Below are positions 55,117 through 64,000 of a stretch of 64,000 nt of DNA, piece after piece (the stretch's first letter is position 1; each line of letters opens with the position of its first letter). The notes beneath the pieces were generated by a model. The model saw only the letters and a program-made list of their open reading frames with translations, did not search any database and was not told the DNA's origin. Position numbers and translations under genes: made by a program. This stretch comes from Ignavibacteriota bacterium (GTDB lineage: Bacteria > Bacteroidota > Ignavibacteria > UBA10030): the NCBI GenBank assembly GCA_022616555.1, contig JAKEEG010000075.1:59451-123450 (forward strand), written 5' to 3'.

Positions 55117-57036
55117 TTGATTCGCACCCTTCTTGCATCAGTATCGGTTTTCCTGTGCACTGCGTCGCAAGCTCAGCAAGTGCACAAGTTTGATTTCAAA
55201 ACTCCCAACCTCGTCCTCTCCGACGTTAACTTCACACTCGAGATTACCGCTCAAGACTCAACTGGCGCGCCCGTCGCATCGTTTAATGATTCGGTTGCGC
55301 TTGCGGGAGTTCAGCGTAATGTCTTCGGCACGTTGCTGCCCGCGGTGGCACGCTTTTCCGGCGGCAAAGCTGCCATTGAAGATGCAGTGATGCCGGAATC
55401 GGGGTCTGCTGAAATCTCCGTTTCACTAGGGGCAATGACTTCGGCAAAAACCGTTCGCGTGATTCCGGGTATCCTGAGTATTTTGCCCCCGTTGCTTGCC
55501 ATCATCTTAGCGCTGGTCTTACGACAGGTAGTCATTTCGCTCTTTGCTGGCATCTGGCTGGGGGCTGTGTTCATCTTCGATTACAATATTGTCGGGGGGA
55601 TTTTCCGAGTACTCGATCACTTTATCGTCAACGCGGTCACAGAAACATCTCACACGCAGATTATTATTTTCAGCATGATGTTCGGCGGGATGGTGGGAAT
55701 CATCTCCAGCAATGGCGGCACGCTCGGCATAGCTAACCTGATTACCCGTTACGCGAAGACGTCGCGCGGCGGTCAGCTCTCCACCTTGTTTATGGCATTC
55801 GTGATGTTCTTTGACGACTACGCCAACGTGCTGGTGCGCGGAAACCTGATGCGCCCGATTACCGATAAACTCCGGATTTCACGCGAGAAACTTTCGTTCA
55901 TCGTCGATGCCGGTGCTGCCACAGTTGCAAGCGTGTTCATTATTTCAACGTGGATCGGCTATGAAGTAGGGCTCATCGAACAGGGGCTAAAAAGCGTCAA
56001 CTCAACAGAGGATGCTTACAGCGTCTTCCTGCAGACTATTCCGTATCGATTTTATCCAATCCTGACGCTGATTTTCGTTTTTCTTGTCGGTTGGATGAAA
56101 CGGGATTTCGGTCCCATGCTCACTGCCGAGCGACGCGCCCGAAGCACCGGCGAAGTTCTGCGCGAAGGATCGCAGCCCGCAACGGATTTGACGGAATCCA
56201 CCGGCTCGTTCTCATCCGATAAACCTCCGCTCTGGCACAACGGGCTGCTCCCCATACTCTCCATACTGGCAGTTGGCTTGTATGGGCTGTACTCGACTGG
56301 TACAGCCGCACTTGAAGCCGAGGGTGTTACTTCTTACGGCGTGGGCGAGATCATCAGTAAGTCTGATTCGTACGGCGCGTTGATGTGGGCTTCGCTTTCA
56401 GGCTGTCTTGTTGCCGTCCTGCTGTCGGTGGGTCAGCGCATTCTCACGCTCGTGAAGGCGATCGATGCGTGGTTCAACGGTCTGAAAGCAATGCTCCTTG
56501 CTATGCTTATCCTGATTCTTGCGTGGGCAATAGGCTCAGTAACGCAAGAACTGCACACAGCGGAGTATCTCGTTCAGCTTCTACGCGGCACCATTGCCCC
56601 TCACTGGCTTCCGGTGCTCGTGTTCCTGATCGCCGCAGGCGTCAGCTTTGCCACCGGCACCAGCTGGGGCACGATGGCAATCATGATGCCGCTCGTCATA
56701 CCACTGGGGCACACGCTGAGTGTTGACGCGCAGTTGACCGGGTCGGCTTATGAAGTGATTCTACACGGCGTGATTAGTTCGGTGCTTGCGGGCGCGGTGT
56801 TCGGCGACCACTGCTCGCCTATTTCCGATACGACAATTTTAAGCTCGATGGCGTCTGCTTGCGACCACATCGACCACGTGCGCACACAACTTCCCTACGC
56901 CTTGCTGGTTGCCGCAATCGGCATGCTCGTGGGCGACATTCCAACCGCATTTGGGCTCTCACCGTGGATTTCAATCGCCGTCGGCACCGCAACGATGGCG
57001 GCGGCCTTGTATTTCTTCGGTAAAAAAGTCGAATAG
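55117..57036 (+). CDS. Na+/H+ antiporter NhaC-family protein with N-terminal exported beta domain
   Basis: SILPPLLAI, FFDDYAN, ISREKLSFIVD, FATGTSWGT, GDHCSPISDTT, HVRTQLPY. TTG after GGAG. Promoter TTGCAT-17-TACATT at 55052-55080. Confidence 0.88.
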   Translation: MIRTLLASVSVFLCTASQAQQVHKFDFKTPNLVLSDVNFTLEITAQDSTGAPVASFNDSVALAGVQRNVFGTLLPAVARFSGGKAAIEDAVMPESGSAEISVSLGAMTSAKTVRVIPGILSILPPLLAIILALVLRQVVISLFAGIWLGAVFIFDYNIVGGIFRVLDHFIVNAVTETSHTQIIIFSMMFGGMVGIISSNGGTLGIANLITRYAKTSRGGQLSTLFMAFVMFFDDYANVLVRGNLMRPITDKLRISREKLSFIVDAGAATVASVFIISTWIGYEVGLIEQGLKSVNSTEDAYSVFLQTIPYRFYPILTLIFVFLVGWMKRDFGPMLTAERRARSTGEVLREGSQPATDLTESTGSFSSDKPPLWHNGLLPILSILAVGLYGLYSTGTAALEAEGVTSYGVGEIISKSDSYGALMWASLSGCLVAVLLSVGQRILTLVKAIDAWFNGLKAMLLAMLILILAWAIGSVTQELHTAEYLVQLLRGTIAPHWLPVLVFLIAAGVSFATGTSWGTMAIMMPLVIPLGHTLSVDAQLTGSAYEVILHGVISSVLAGAVFGDHCSPISDTTILSSMASACDHIDHVRTQLPYALLVAAIGMLVGDIPTAFGLSPWISIAVGTATMAAALYFFGKKVE

Positions 57037-57051
57037 AAAGGGATATCCAAT

Positions 57052-58314
57052 ATGGCTTCATGGAAATCTATTCCTCTGCACAATAAAATTCTCGGCGTGC
57101 TCGTCCTCGGGGCAATTGCAGGTGTTACTGCAAATCTAACGGTGGGCGGTGAAAATATTCAAGGGTTTGTTTCCAACGTAACCGAGCCAATCGGCAGGAT
57201 GTGGCTCGGTGCCCTCATTATGGTTGTGATCCCGCTTATCCTCTCGACCTTGGCGCTCGGCGTTGCGGGGTTGGGCGACCTGAAAACTCTCGGCAGAATC
57301 GGTCTCGTTACCATCCTCGGCTTCTTATTGTTGACAGCTCTTTCGACGACGTTAGGATTAACAATCATGAACGTCGTCAAGCCCGGGGCCGGACTTGACC
57401 CCGCAGTGACCCAAAAATTAATGGAAACGTACCAGGGCGAAGTCCAGGGCGCTATGGGCCTTGCCGATAAGGTTTTTGGCATCGACCTATTTGTGAAAAT
57501 CGTTCCTCGCAATCCCATTCAAGCGATGGCAAACGGCGAGATGCTGGCGGTCATCTTTTTTGCGTTGATGATTGGCGTGGCAATGACGATTGTTTCCCGC
57601 GAGAAAGCCGAGCCGATGCTAAAATTTCTCGAGAGCCTGGGGCATATCGTTATTGCAATCATTGAGCTGGTAATGAAAATTGCTCCTCTCGGCGTGTTCT
57701 GCCTTATCTTCAGCGTCACCGCGCGATTCGGATACGACCTCTTGTTACAATTGCTCAAGTACGTCGTCACAGTGTTTGGCAGCATGCTGGTGTTCACAGT
57801 TGTTGTTTACCCTCTGGTCATTAAGTTCATCGCAAGACGAAATCCTGTTGAATTCTTTAAAAAATCGCGAATTGTCATGCTGACGGCGTTCTCGACTTCC
57901 TCCAGCAACGCCACATTACCCACAACGATGCGCGTGGGTCAGGAAGACCTGAAATTTCCAAAAGAGATTGCAGGCTTCGTGCTTCCCCTCGGAGCGACGA
58001 TGAACATGAACGGCACTGCACTCTTCGAAGGAGCAACCGTGTTGTTTCTTGCACAAGTGTTTGGTATTGATTTGTCGTTCGGCTCGCAGATCATCGTCGT
58101 GCTCATGTCGGTGATCACGGCTATTGGCGTGGCGGGGATTCCCGGCGGCTCTATCCCACTTTTAATGATGGTATTAGGTATTGTCGGTGTTCCGATGGAA
58201 GGCATCGCCATCATATTAGGAGTTGACAGGATTCTTGACATGTGCCGAACGACGCTGAATGTCCTGGGGGATTTGGTAACGGCTTCGATTGTAGAGAGGT
58301 TTGAAAAGTCGTAG
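57052..58314 (+). CDS. Dicarboxylate/amino acid:cation symporter (DAACS, GltP-like)
   Basis: FSTSSSNATLP, LPLGATMNMNGT, AGIPG, GVDRILDMCRTTLNVLGD. Confidence 0.95.
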   Translation: MASWKSIPLHNKILGVLVLGAIAGVTANLTVGGENIQGFVSNVTEPIGRMWLGALIMVVIPLILSTLALGVAGLGDLKTLGRIGLVTILGFLLLTALSTTLGLTIMNVVKPGAGLDPAVTQKLMETYQGEVQGAMGLADKVFGIDLFVKIVPRNPIQAMANGEMLAVIFFALMIGVAMTIVSREKAEPMLKFLESLGHIVIAIIELVMKIAPLGVFCLIFSVTARFGYDLLLQLLKYVVTVFGSMLVFTVVVYPLVIKFIARRNPVEFFKKSRIVMLTAFSTSSSNATLPTTMRVGQEDLKFPKEIAGFVLPLGATMNMNGTALFEGATVLFLAQVFGIDLSFGSQIIVVLMSVITAIGVAGIPGGSIPLLMMVLGIVGVPMEGIAIILGVDRILDMCRTTLNVLGDLVTASIVERFEKS

Positions 58315-58340
58315 CGGGCGGACAGCTGTCTATAAACAAT

Positions 58341-58383
58341 AACGCCCCGTTTTCTGAAGAGAAAACGGGGCGTTGCGTTTTTT
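58341..58383. terminator. Terminator between convergent genes
   Basis: 15-bp stem AACGCCCCGTTTTCT-GAAG-AGAAAACGGGGCGTT with a downstream T-tract. Confidence 0.88.
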
Positions 58384-58392
58384 AAGCGGTTT

Positions 58393-61300
58393 TTAAAAAT
58401 CCGGCCCCAACGAAAAGTAATACGTGGGCTCGGAGAAACTCGAACCGTTGAACCGCCACGCCACATCAATGCGTAACGGGAAACCGAGGAAGAAAATGCG
58501 CGAACCGAAGCCCGTGCCGATGAGCAAATCCTTCGGCAGGCTCTTTCCCCCTGGATCCCGTTGAAACGCCTGCCATCCTTTCGTGGTGCTGAATGCTGTA
58601 CCAACATCGACAAATGCGGTGCCAAGGATGTTCTGGAAGCCAATCGGCAGTGCGCCCAAGATAAAGTAGCGCACCAACGGGAAGCGAAGTTCGAAATTTG
58701 CCAGGGCGTAGCGCGTACCGTTCCGGGCGTTATAATTGTAGCCTCGCAGCGGCATCACCGGCGTGAGGAATGCGTAGTCTTCTACGTCCTCAATGGGAAA
58801 ATTATTTCTTTCGAACTGCCGGGCAATCCATCCTTCCGTCCCGCCGACAAAAAACGATTGGCGGTCTCGACCGTTGCTCATACCTGCTGTGAAACGATAT
58901 GCAAACACGTAGTCTCTCAAAAAGGACGTATAATCGCGATAGTCCATCGTCGTCGTGAGGAAATCGAGCGACTGGTCGCTGTATTTCGTGCTTCCGTACA
59001 AGGTCAGGAAAAAGCGCGAGCCGTTGTTCGGGCCGAACCATTCCCCCTGCCACAACGAGTTGTCATTCACGTACGTCAGCACGGGCAGAAGGAACGATCT
59101 ACGCTGCGGGGGCTGGAAGGGGTTATCCAAGTTATCGCGGGAGAGATTCTGCCACAGCAAGGTCGCGTCGAGTCTGTTGAACCGGTCGATAGGGTACGAC
59201 ATTGCTGCCGCCAAACCCCAGAGCCGGAAGCGGTGCAGGGCCTGGCCGATAAATGGGTCGCTGAGATAAATGAATCGCGCCGTATGGAAACCCTGGAAAC
59301 CGTAATCAATCCTGTGCGGGCGATAGTAATACGCAAGGCCATAATCGCTGTTCTTCAAATCGAGCTGTAAATTCGTTTGCAAGACAATCTGGTGGTCGCC
59401 CATCAAATCGCTGAACGCCATGATCGTCGTTCCCTCTAACCCGTAAAACGTATTGTAACTCGCAGTCCCATACACAAGGTCCGCTGAGAAATTCAGTTTA
59501 TACTTACGGGGGAGGTAATTACCTTCTTCATCCCTGTTATCCGTAATGGCAAAACGAGGGTAACGGGCGGCCGTGGCATTGGCATAGGCAGAGGTATCGC
59601 GTATATTGCGTTCGGAAAAAACAAAATTTCGCATGTCAACGCGTGTACCAGATCGATACCTGCTTTCCTCCATGGTCGTATCCGCCATGACGACAACGCC
59701 ATTTCGTACTGCGACCGTGTCATTCGTAACTTTTGTTTCAGCCACAACTTCACGCGTTTTTTCTTCGCGCGGCAAGTCTAATAGCTTCTTGTAATATTCC
59801 GTTGCTTCCAACTCAGCGACATTTAACTTGCGTTCGAGCGGCGCGCGCATCAAGAACACGTCGAAACCGGCCTGGTTTAATGACGAGAACGCCAGCTTCG
59901 AGCCGTCTCGCGACAATGAAATCTGATACACACCGCTGAGCGAGTTCGTAATGGGACGCGCAGCCCCGGTCTCAAGCTCCAGCTCATAAATATTGTTTAT
60001 GCCGTTTCTATCGGAAACAAACAGCAGTTTCTTGCCGTCCGGAGAGGCAACCGGCATACTCTCATCGCCATGCGGCGAGGTCGTCAGTCGCTTTACCGAC
60101 CTTGAAGAAACATCGAGAGCGTACAGATCCTGCTGGCTATAGTCGAATCCAATCATCTCGAAATCCCTGGGCAGCATCGACGCCGTCAAATACCCTCCCC
60201 GATCGGAGCTGAAGTACACAGTTTTTCCATCGGGAGAAAACGCAGGGTCGAAATCAGAGAAGATATCATTGGTGAGGTTCTCTAACTCCTTCGACCCGAG
60301 GTCATACAGATAGATATCCGCCTGGGGGGCCTTCGAACCGACGAACACGATTTTATCCCCTTGCGGCGACCAATCAACCGAAGAAATAGCGTCAAGATCG
60401 AAGGGAATACTTTCCGTCGAACCGGAGTTGACGTCGACAATTACAATGGCGTCTGTTTCCCCAGATTTAACGGCGAGCGCGATTTTCTTCCCATCCGGCG
60501 ACCAGGTAATTCTCGGGGTCAGGAGTTTTAACTCTTCAAAATCTTTTGTCCGTTGCCCGCTCACCAACTTGTCGAGGATCTCCCCGTCGATAGCGGACAT
60601 GAGATAGATATCAAAAAAGTCGTTCCTATCTGTGAGAAAGGCAATTTTATCGCCCTGCGGAGAAATCGCCGGGCTTGTATTATAAAAATTTTCCAGTTTC
60701 GTGTGGTCGGTAAGCTGTTCCGCGTATTCCTTCGGCTCTTCCCGTTTCGCAATATCGGGCCAGTATAATACCTTTTGCTCTTTTTGCCAACGCTCTGAAA
60801 GCTCCTCAATTGTTAGCCCGATGGTCGATTTAAACCCTTGCTCAACGCTGCGCGTCGTACGAACGCGGCTGAGAATTTCCGCAATCTTCTGTTCACCGTA
60901 CTTATTGGCAACATAGTACCAAACTGATTGGCCTCCGCGGTAGGCAAAGTACCCCCCGAGGAAGTTAATCGGAGGAATGTAATTGTGAATTGTCGCATCG
61001 CGCAGGAACATGTCGGAGTTCGTATCCCACTTCAGTGCGGCGTATTCCGCCATGCCCTCGTTGAACCAACCCGGCAGCACAAGCGGCGTCCTGCTGGAGA
61101 TAATGGACTGGATCGATCCGCCGTAATACATATCATTAAATACGGCGTGCACTAGCTCGTGGTGAATCACGTGCCGGAATTGCTTGTAGTTGCCTTCGAA
61201 CGGAACGATGACACGGTTTTTGAATAGCTCCGTCACTCCGCCTATGCCTTCTTGGAGATACTCCTCCACGGCGTTGGTTTGCTGGAATTCGTTGTGCGAG

Positions 61301-61587
61301 TTATAGATGATCCACGAGATACGGCTGTTAATATCGTACCGGAAGAGCTTGCGAATCTGCTCGTACGCATCTTCAACAGCGTCGGCGGCAAACGAGGCGA
61401 GCTCGTAGCCATCCTGTGCAAAATAGATGTCGAAGTGGTCGGTTTGAATATACTGCCACTCAAAGTTCTTATATTGAACTTTATTCTTACCGTAGAATGC
61501 AGCCCCGTCGTTCTGGGCGAACGCCAGTGCATTGACCAACAACAGCGCTACGCTCCATCCTACCAGCCTTTTTCCGAGTACGATCAT
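58393..61587 (-). CDS. Outer-membrane protein: gluzincin peptidase-like domain, PD40/TolB beta-propeller and Omp85-type barrel
   Basis: Signal peptide, HHELVH...WFNEGMAEY, SPDGKK repeats, PLRGY, ELRFP, FVDVG, terminal Phe. Confidence 0.85.
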   Translation of the reverse strand: MIVLGKRLVGWSVALLLVNALAFAQNDGAAFYGKNKVQYKNFEWQYIQTDHFDIYFAQDGYELASFAADAVEDAYEQIRKLFRYDINSRISWIIYNSHNEFQQTNAVEEYLQEGIGGVTELFKNRVIVPFEGNYKQFRHVIHHELVHAVFNDMYYGGSIQSIISSRTPLVLPGWFNEGMAEYAALKWDTNSDMFLRDATIHNYIPPINFLGGYFAYRGGQSVWYYVANKYGEQKIAEILSRVRTTRSVEQGFKSTIGLTIEELSERWQKEQKVLYWPDIAKREEPKEYAEQLTDHTKLENFYNTSPAISPQGDKIAFLTDRNDFFDIYLMSAIDGEILDKLVSGQRTKDFEELKLLTPRITWSPDGKKIALAVKSGETDAIVIVDVNSGSTESIPFDLDAISSVDWSPQGDKIVFVGSKAPQADIYLYDLGSKELENLTNDIFSDFDPAFSPDGKTVYFSSDRGGYLTASMLPRDFEMIGFDYSQQDLYALDVSSRSVKRLTTSPHGDESMPVASPDGKKLLFVSDRNGINNIYELELETGAARPITNSLSGVYQISLSRDGSKLAFSSLNQAGFDVFLMRAPLERKLNVAELEATEYYKKLLDLPREEKTREVVAETKVTNDTVAVRNGVVVMADTTMEESRYRSGTRVDMRNFVFSERNIRDTSAYANATAARYPRFAITDNRDEEGNYLPRKYKLNFSADLVYGTASYNTFYGLEGTTIMAFSDLMGDHQIVLQTNLQLDLKNSDYGLAYYYRPHRIDYGFQGFHTARFIYLSDPFIGQALHRFRLWGLAAAMSYPIDRFNRLDATLLWQNLSRDNLDNPFQPPQRRSFLLPVLTYVNDNSLWQGEWFGPNNGSRFFLTLYGSTKYSDQSLDFLTTTMDYRDYTSFLRDYVFAYRFTAGMSNGRDRQSFFVGGTEGWIARQFERNNFPIEDVEDYAFLTPVMPLRGYNYNARNGTRYALANFELRFPLVRYFILGALPIGFQNILGTAFVDVGTAFSTTKGWQAFQRDPGGKSLPKDLLIGTGFGSRIFFLGFPLRIDVAWRFNGSSFSEPTYYFSLGPDF

Positions 61588-61739
61588 AAGACTCCTCTAC
61601 CCGCTCTATGAGTATACATGATGTTTGATTTTAGAAAAATTCACTGTCAGAAGCAATGCCATTCCGATGAGTGGAACGCTTTTGTTCACGGGTCGCCGTC
61701 ACATCTATTCCAACATCGTCCTACAAAGCGTAGTTCCGT

Positions 61740-63911
61740 TCAACGCCGCTTCGTTCGTTTTGACGAACGTTTTTCCGTGGTGAGAACAAAGTCGATTTCG
61801 CGCTCTTCCGGGTTCACGCGTACAACTTTCACGTTCACGGCATCACCCAACCGGAATTGATTCCCCGTTTCCCTGCCGATCAACGCGTATTTCTTTTCAT
61901 CATAGACGTAGTAATCGTCTTCCATGTCCCGCACGTGGACCATTCCTTCGACAAGCAAGTCGTTGACTTCGACAAAGAATCCGTAATGCGTGACTCCTGA
62001 AATCACCCCGTGGAATTCATCCCCCAGGTGCCTCTTCATGTACTCGACCTGCATCACCTTCACACCGGCGCGCTCGGCTTCCATCGCCACGCGTTCGCGC
62101 GCGGACGTTTGTTGCGCAACGGCAGGAAGCCGACGTTGAATTTCCCGAACGTGGTCGAGTGAAGCGCCGCGCGCGTATTCTTTCAATACGCGATGGATAA
62201 ACAAATCCGGATAGCGGCGTATCGGCGACGTAAAATGCGAGTAATAGTCAAACGCCAGTCCATAGTGCCCAATGTTCTTTTCAGAATACACCGCCTTCGC
62301 CATGGAGCGAAGCGTTACTTCGTTGATGACATTTTCCACTTCCGAGCCGCGCACCTGTTCCAGCAGCCGTTGCAACCCTTTCGAGCTTACCCCGCCGTCG
62401 GCGTGAAGCTTATAACCGAATTTGGAAACAAACAGCGAAAGCTCTTTCAACCTATCGGGCGGGGGAGCATCGTGAATGCGGTACAAAAACGGCTTCGGGT
62501 TTCCTTCCTGCCTCGGCAGGCCGATATGCCGCCCGACCGTGCGGTTCGCCGCCAGCATGAATTCCTCTACGAGTCGGTGGCTGTCCAATCTGACTTTCTT
62601 GATAATTTCCACCGGCTTGCCTTCTTCGTCGTACAGGAATTTTGCCTCCGCGCTGTCGAAATCGATGCTGCCCTCTTTCATACGTTTCTTCGTCAGTGTT
62701 TTGCTGAGTGCGTGCATCACCCGGACTTTCTCTGCAAAGTCGTCTGCTTTCAATTCTTTCTTTTTACCATCGAGAATCTCCTGCACCTGCTCGTACGTAA
62801 AACGGCGTTTGCTGCGGATAACCGTTTCTCGTATCTCGTAATCCTTCACCACGCCTTGCGGCGTCATGTGCATGAAGACAGAATAGGCTAAACGGTCTTC
62901 GTTCGGGCGCAAACTGCACAGTTCGTTGGAAAGCTTTTCCGGCAGCATGGGAATGACTGCATTCGGAAAATACACGCTCGTTCCCCGTTGGAGTGCCTCG
63001 CGGTCTAACGCTGTACCCTCCTTCACGTAATATGAAACGTCGGCAATATGTACTCCGAGCTTCAGTAAGCCGTTCTCCAACTCTTCGAGCGAGACAGCAT
63101 CGTCAAAATCCTTCGCGTCCTCCGGGTCGATGGTGAAGCAAACTTCCCCGCGAAAATCCAAGCGCCGGTCGATTTCCGACTGCGGGATCTCCAGCGATAT
63201 TGTCTCGGATTCTCTCACAACCTCAGGCGGAAAACCTAGCGGCAGTTGGTATTCGTGAAACACCGAGCGAAGCTCCGCCGACACCTCACCGGCATTCCCC
63301 AACACCTGCAGGATACGGCCTTGCGGGTTAGAATGGCTCACACCCCACGACTCTATCTGTACGACCACCTTGTTACCTTGCTGTGCCCCGGCAAGCTGGT
63401 CTTTGTCGACGAATACATCGGCGCCCATGCGGCGGTCATCCGGAACAACAACGTACGCGCCCCTGCTGTGCTCCAACGTTCCGACGACGGTGGAGCGGGC
63501 GCGGGTGAGGACTTTCGTGACTTCACCCTCCGGCAACGAGCCGTCGTCTTTTTTCTTTTTCGGCTGCGCGAAGAGCGAGACTTCTACAGTATCACCGTGC
63601 ATTGCTGTACTGAGAAATCTTGGCGCCACAAATATCCGTACATCAGAGTCTACGATGTTAACAAACCCCAGTCCTTGTTTTTTTATTTCCAATACACCTA
63701 CTAACCGCTGTGGCGTATGGAGATGGCCGATGGTGCCCCTTCGCTCTCGTCTAATTTGTTTTGATTCATTTAATTGATGAATTGCTTGTTTGAGCGCACG
63801 GTATTCCTCATCAGACTTCATCGAGAGCCGCCTCGCCAACTCGCGCGGCTTAAACGTTTGGTTAGGGTACCGCGCTAAAAAATTCAGTATTTTCTTCTCT
63901 ACTTCTTGGAT
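61740..63911 (-). CDS. rnr: Ribonuclease R (probable ATC start at 63911)
   Basis: TIDPEDAKDFDDA, HIADVS, EEFMLAAN, HFTSPIRRYPD, S1 domain. The frame stays open upstream of TTG 63839, encoding QEVEKKILNFLARYPNQTFKPRELARRL. Confidence 0.93.
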   Translation of the reverse strand: MQEVEKKILNFLARYPNQTFKPRELARRLSMKSDEEYRALKQAIHQLNESKQIRRERRGTIGHLHTPQRLVGVLEIKKQGLGFVNIVDSDVRIFVAPRFLSTAMHGDTVEVSLFAQPKKKKDDGSLPEGEVTKVLTRARSTVVGTLEHSRGAYVVVPDDRRMGADVFVDKDQLAGAQQGNKVVVQIESWGVSHSNPQGRILQVLGNAGEVSAELRSVFHEYQLPLGFPPEVVRESETISLEIPQSEIDRRLDFRGEVCFTIDPEDAKDFDDAVSLEELENGLLKLGVHIADVSYYVKEGTALDREALQRGTSVYFPNAVIPMLPEKLSNELCSLRPNEDRLAYSVFMHMTPQGVVKDYEIRETVIRSKRRFTYEQVQEILDGKKKELKADDFAEKVRVMHALSKTLTKKRMKEGSIDFDSAEAKFLYDEEGKPVEIIKKVRLDSHRLVEEFMLAANRTVGRHIGLPRQEGNPKPFLYRIHDAPPPDRLKELSLFVSKFGYKLHADGGVSSKGLQRLLEQVRGSEVENVINEVTLRSMAKAVYSEKNIGHYGLAFDYYSHFTSPIRRYPDLFIHRVLKEYARGASLDHVREIQRRLPAVAQQTSARERVAMEAERAGVKVMQVEYMKRHLGDEFHGVISGVTHYGFFVEVNDLLVEGMVHVRDMEDDYYVYDEKKYALIGRETGNQFRLGDAVNVKVVRVNPEEREIDFVLTTEKRSSKRTKRR

Positions 63912-63932
63912 ATTGTACCTGCTTTCTTCGTT

Positions 63933-63962
63933 TAATTAATTTTTCCTGAAGGTAATTGTCAA
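63933..63962 (-). promoter_or_regulatory. Putative rnr promoter
   Basis: Perfect -35 TTGACA on the minus strand (63962-63957) with AT-rich TTAATTA 17 nt downstream. Confidence 0.55.
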
Positions 63963-64000
63963 CCCCCTGCGGCTCAGAAAACGAGCCGCGTCCCGTCTTC

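Overview
Bacterial chromosomal window, roughly 50-55% GC by eye. It is most consistent with an Ignavibacteria-like member of the FCB group: there is a T9SS 'NYPNPFNP' C-terminal sorting domain, and the promoters are E. coli-type TTGnnn-N17-TAnnnT with SD sequences. Positions 1-6426 form one apparently perfect palindrome centred on GAA|TTC (3213/3214) inside a terminator hairpin, which duplicates a secreted M12B metalloprotease-LRR gene; a fold-back artefact is the most likely cause. The remainder is mostly housekeeping and signalling genes: TonB receptor-YfiR-hybrid kinase, xdhC, trihaem cytochrome c, pepF, mocA-like, LiaF-like/LytS/LytTR, ECF sigma/anti-sigma, pgi, ackA, an AraC-copZ-copA copper cluster, sigZ, glgP, a class III cyclase, leucine dehydrogenase, nusB, transporters, an Omp85-peptidase fusion and rnr. 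The most unusual observations are: (i) a minus-strand gene run (27.3-34.3 kb) with repeats at nearly every junction, in which a UvrD helicase is cleanly split in two by a REP-bearing insert and pgi is preceded by a diverged copy of its own 5' end, next to an AT-rich PD-(D/E)XK nuclease gene; (ii) an ORF-less, promoter-associated, highly structured ~280-nt region at 40.67-40.95 kb with retron-ncRNA-like topology but no reverse transcriptase; (iii) an unannotated 25-aa Cys-rich peptide upstream of sigZ; (iv) a probable ATC start codon for RNase R. No rRNA, tRNA, CRISPR array or transposase was recognised. All calls are from reading the sequence by eye, with no database searches.
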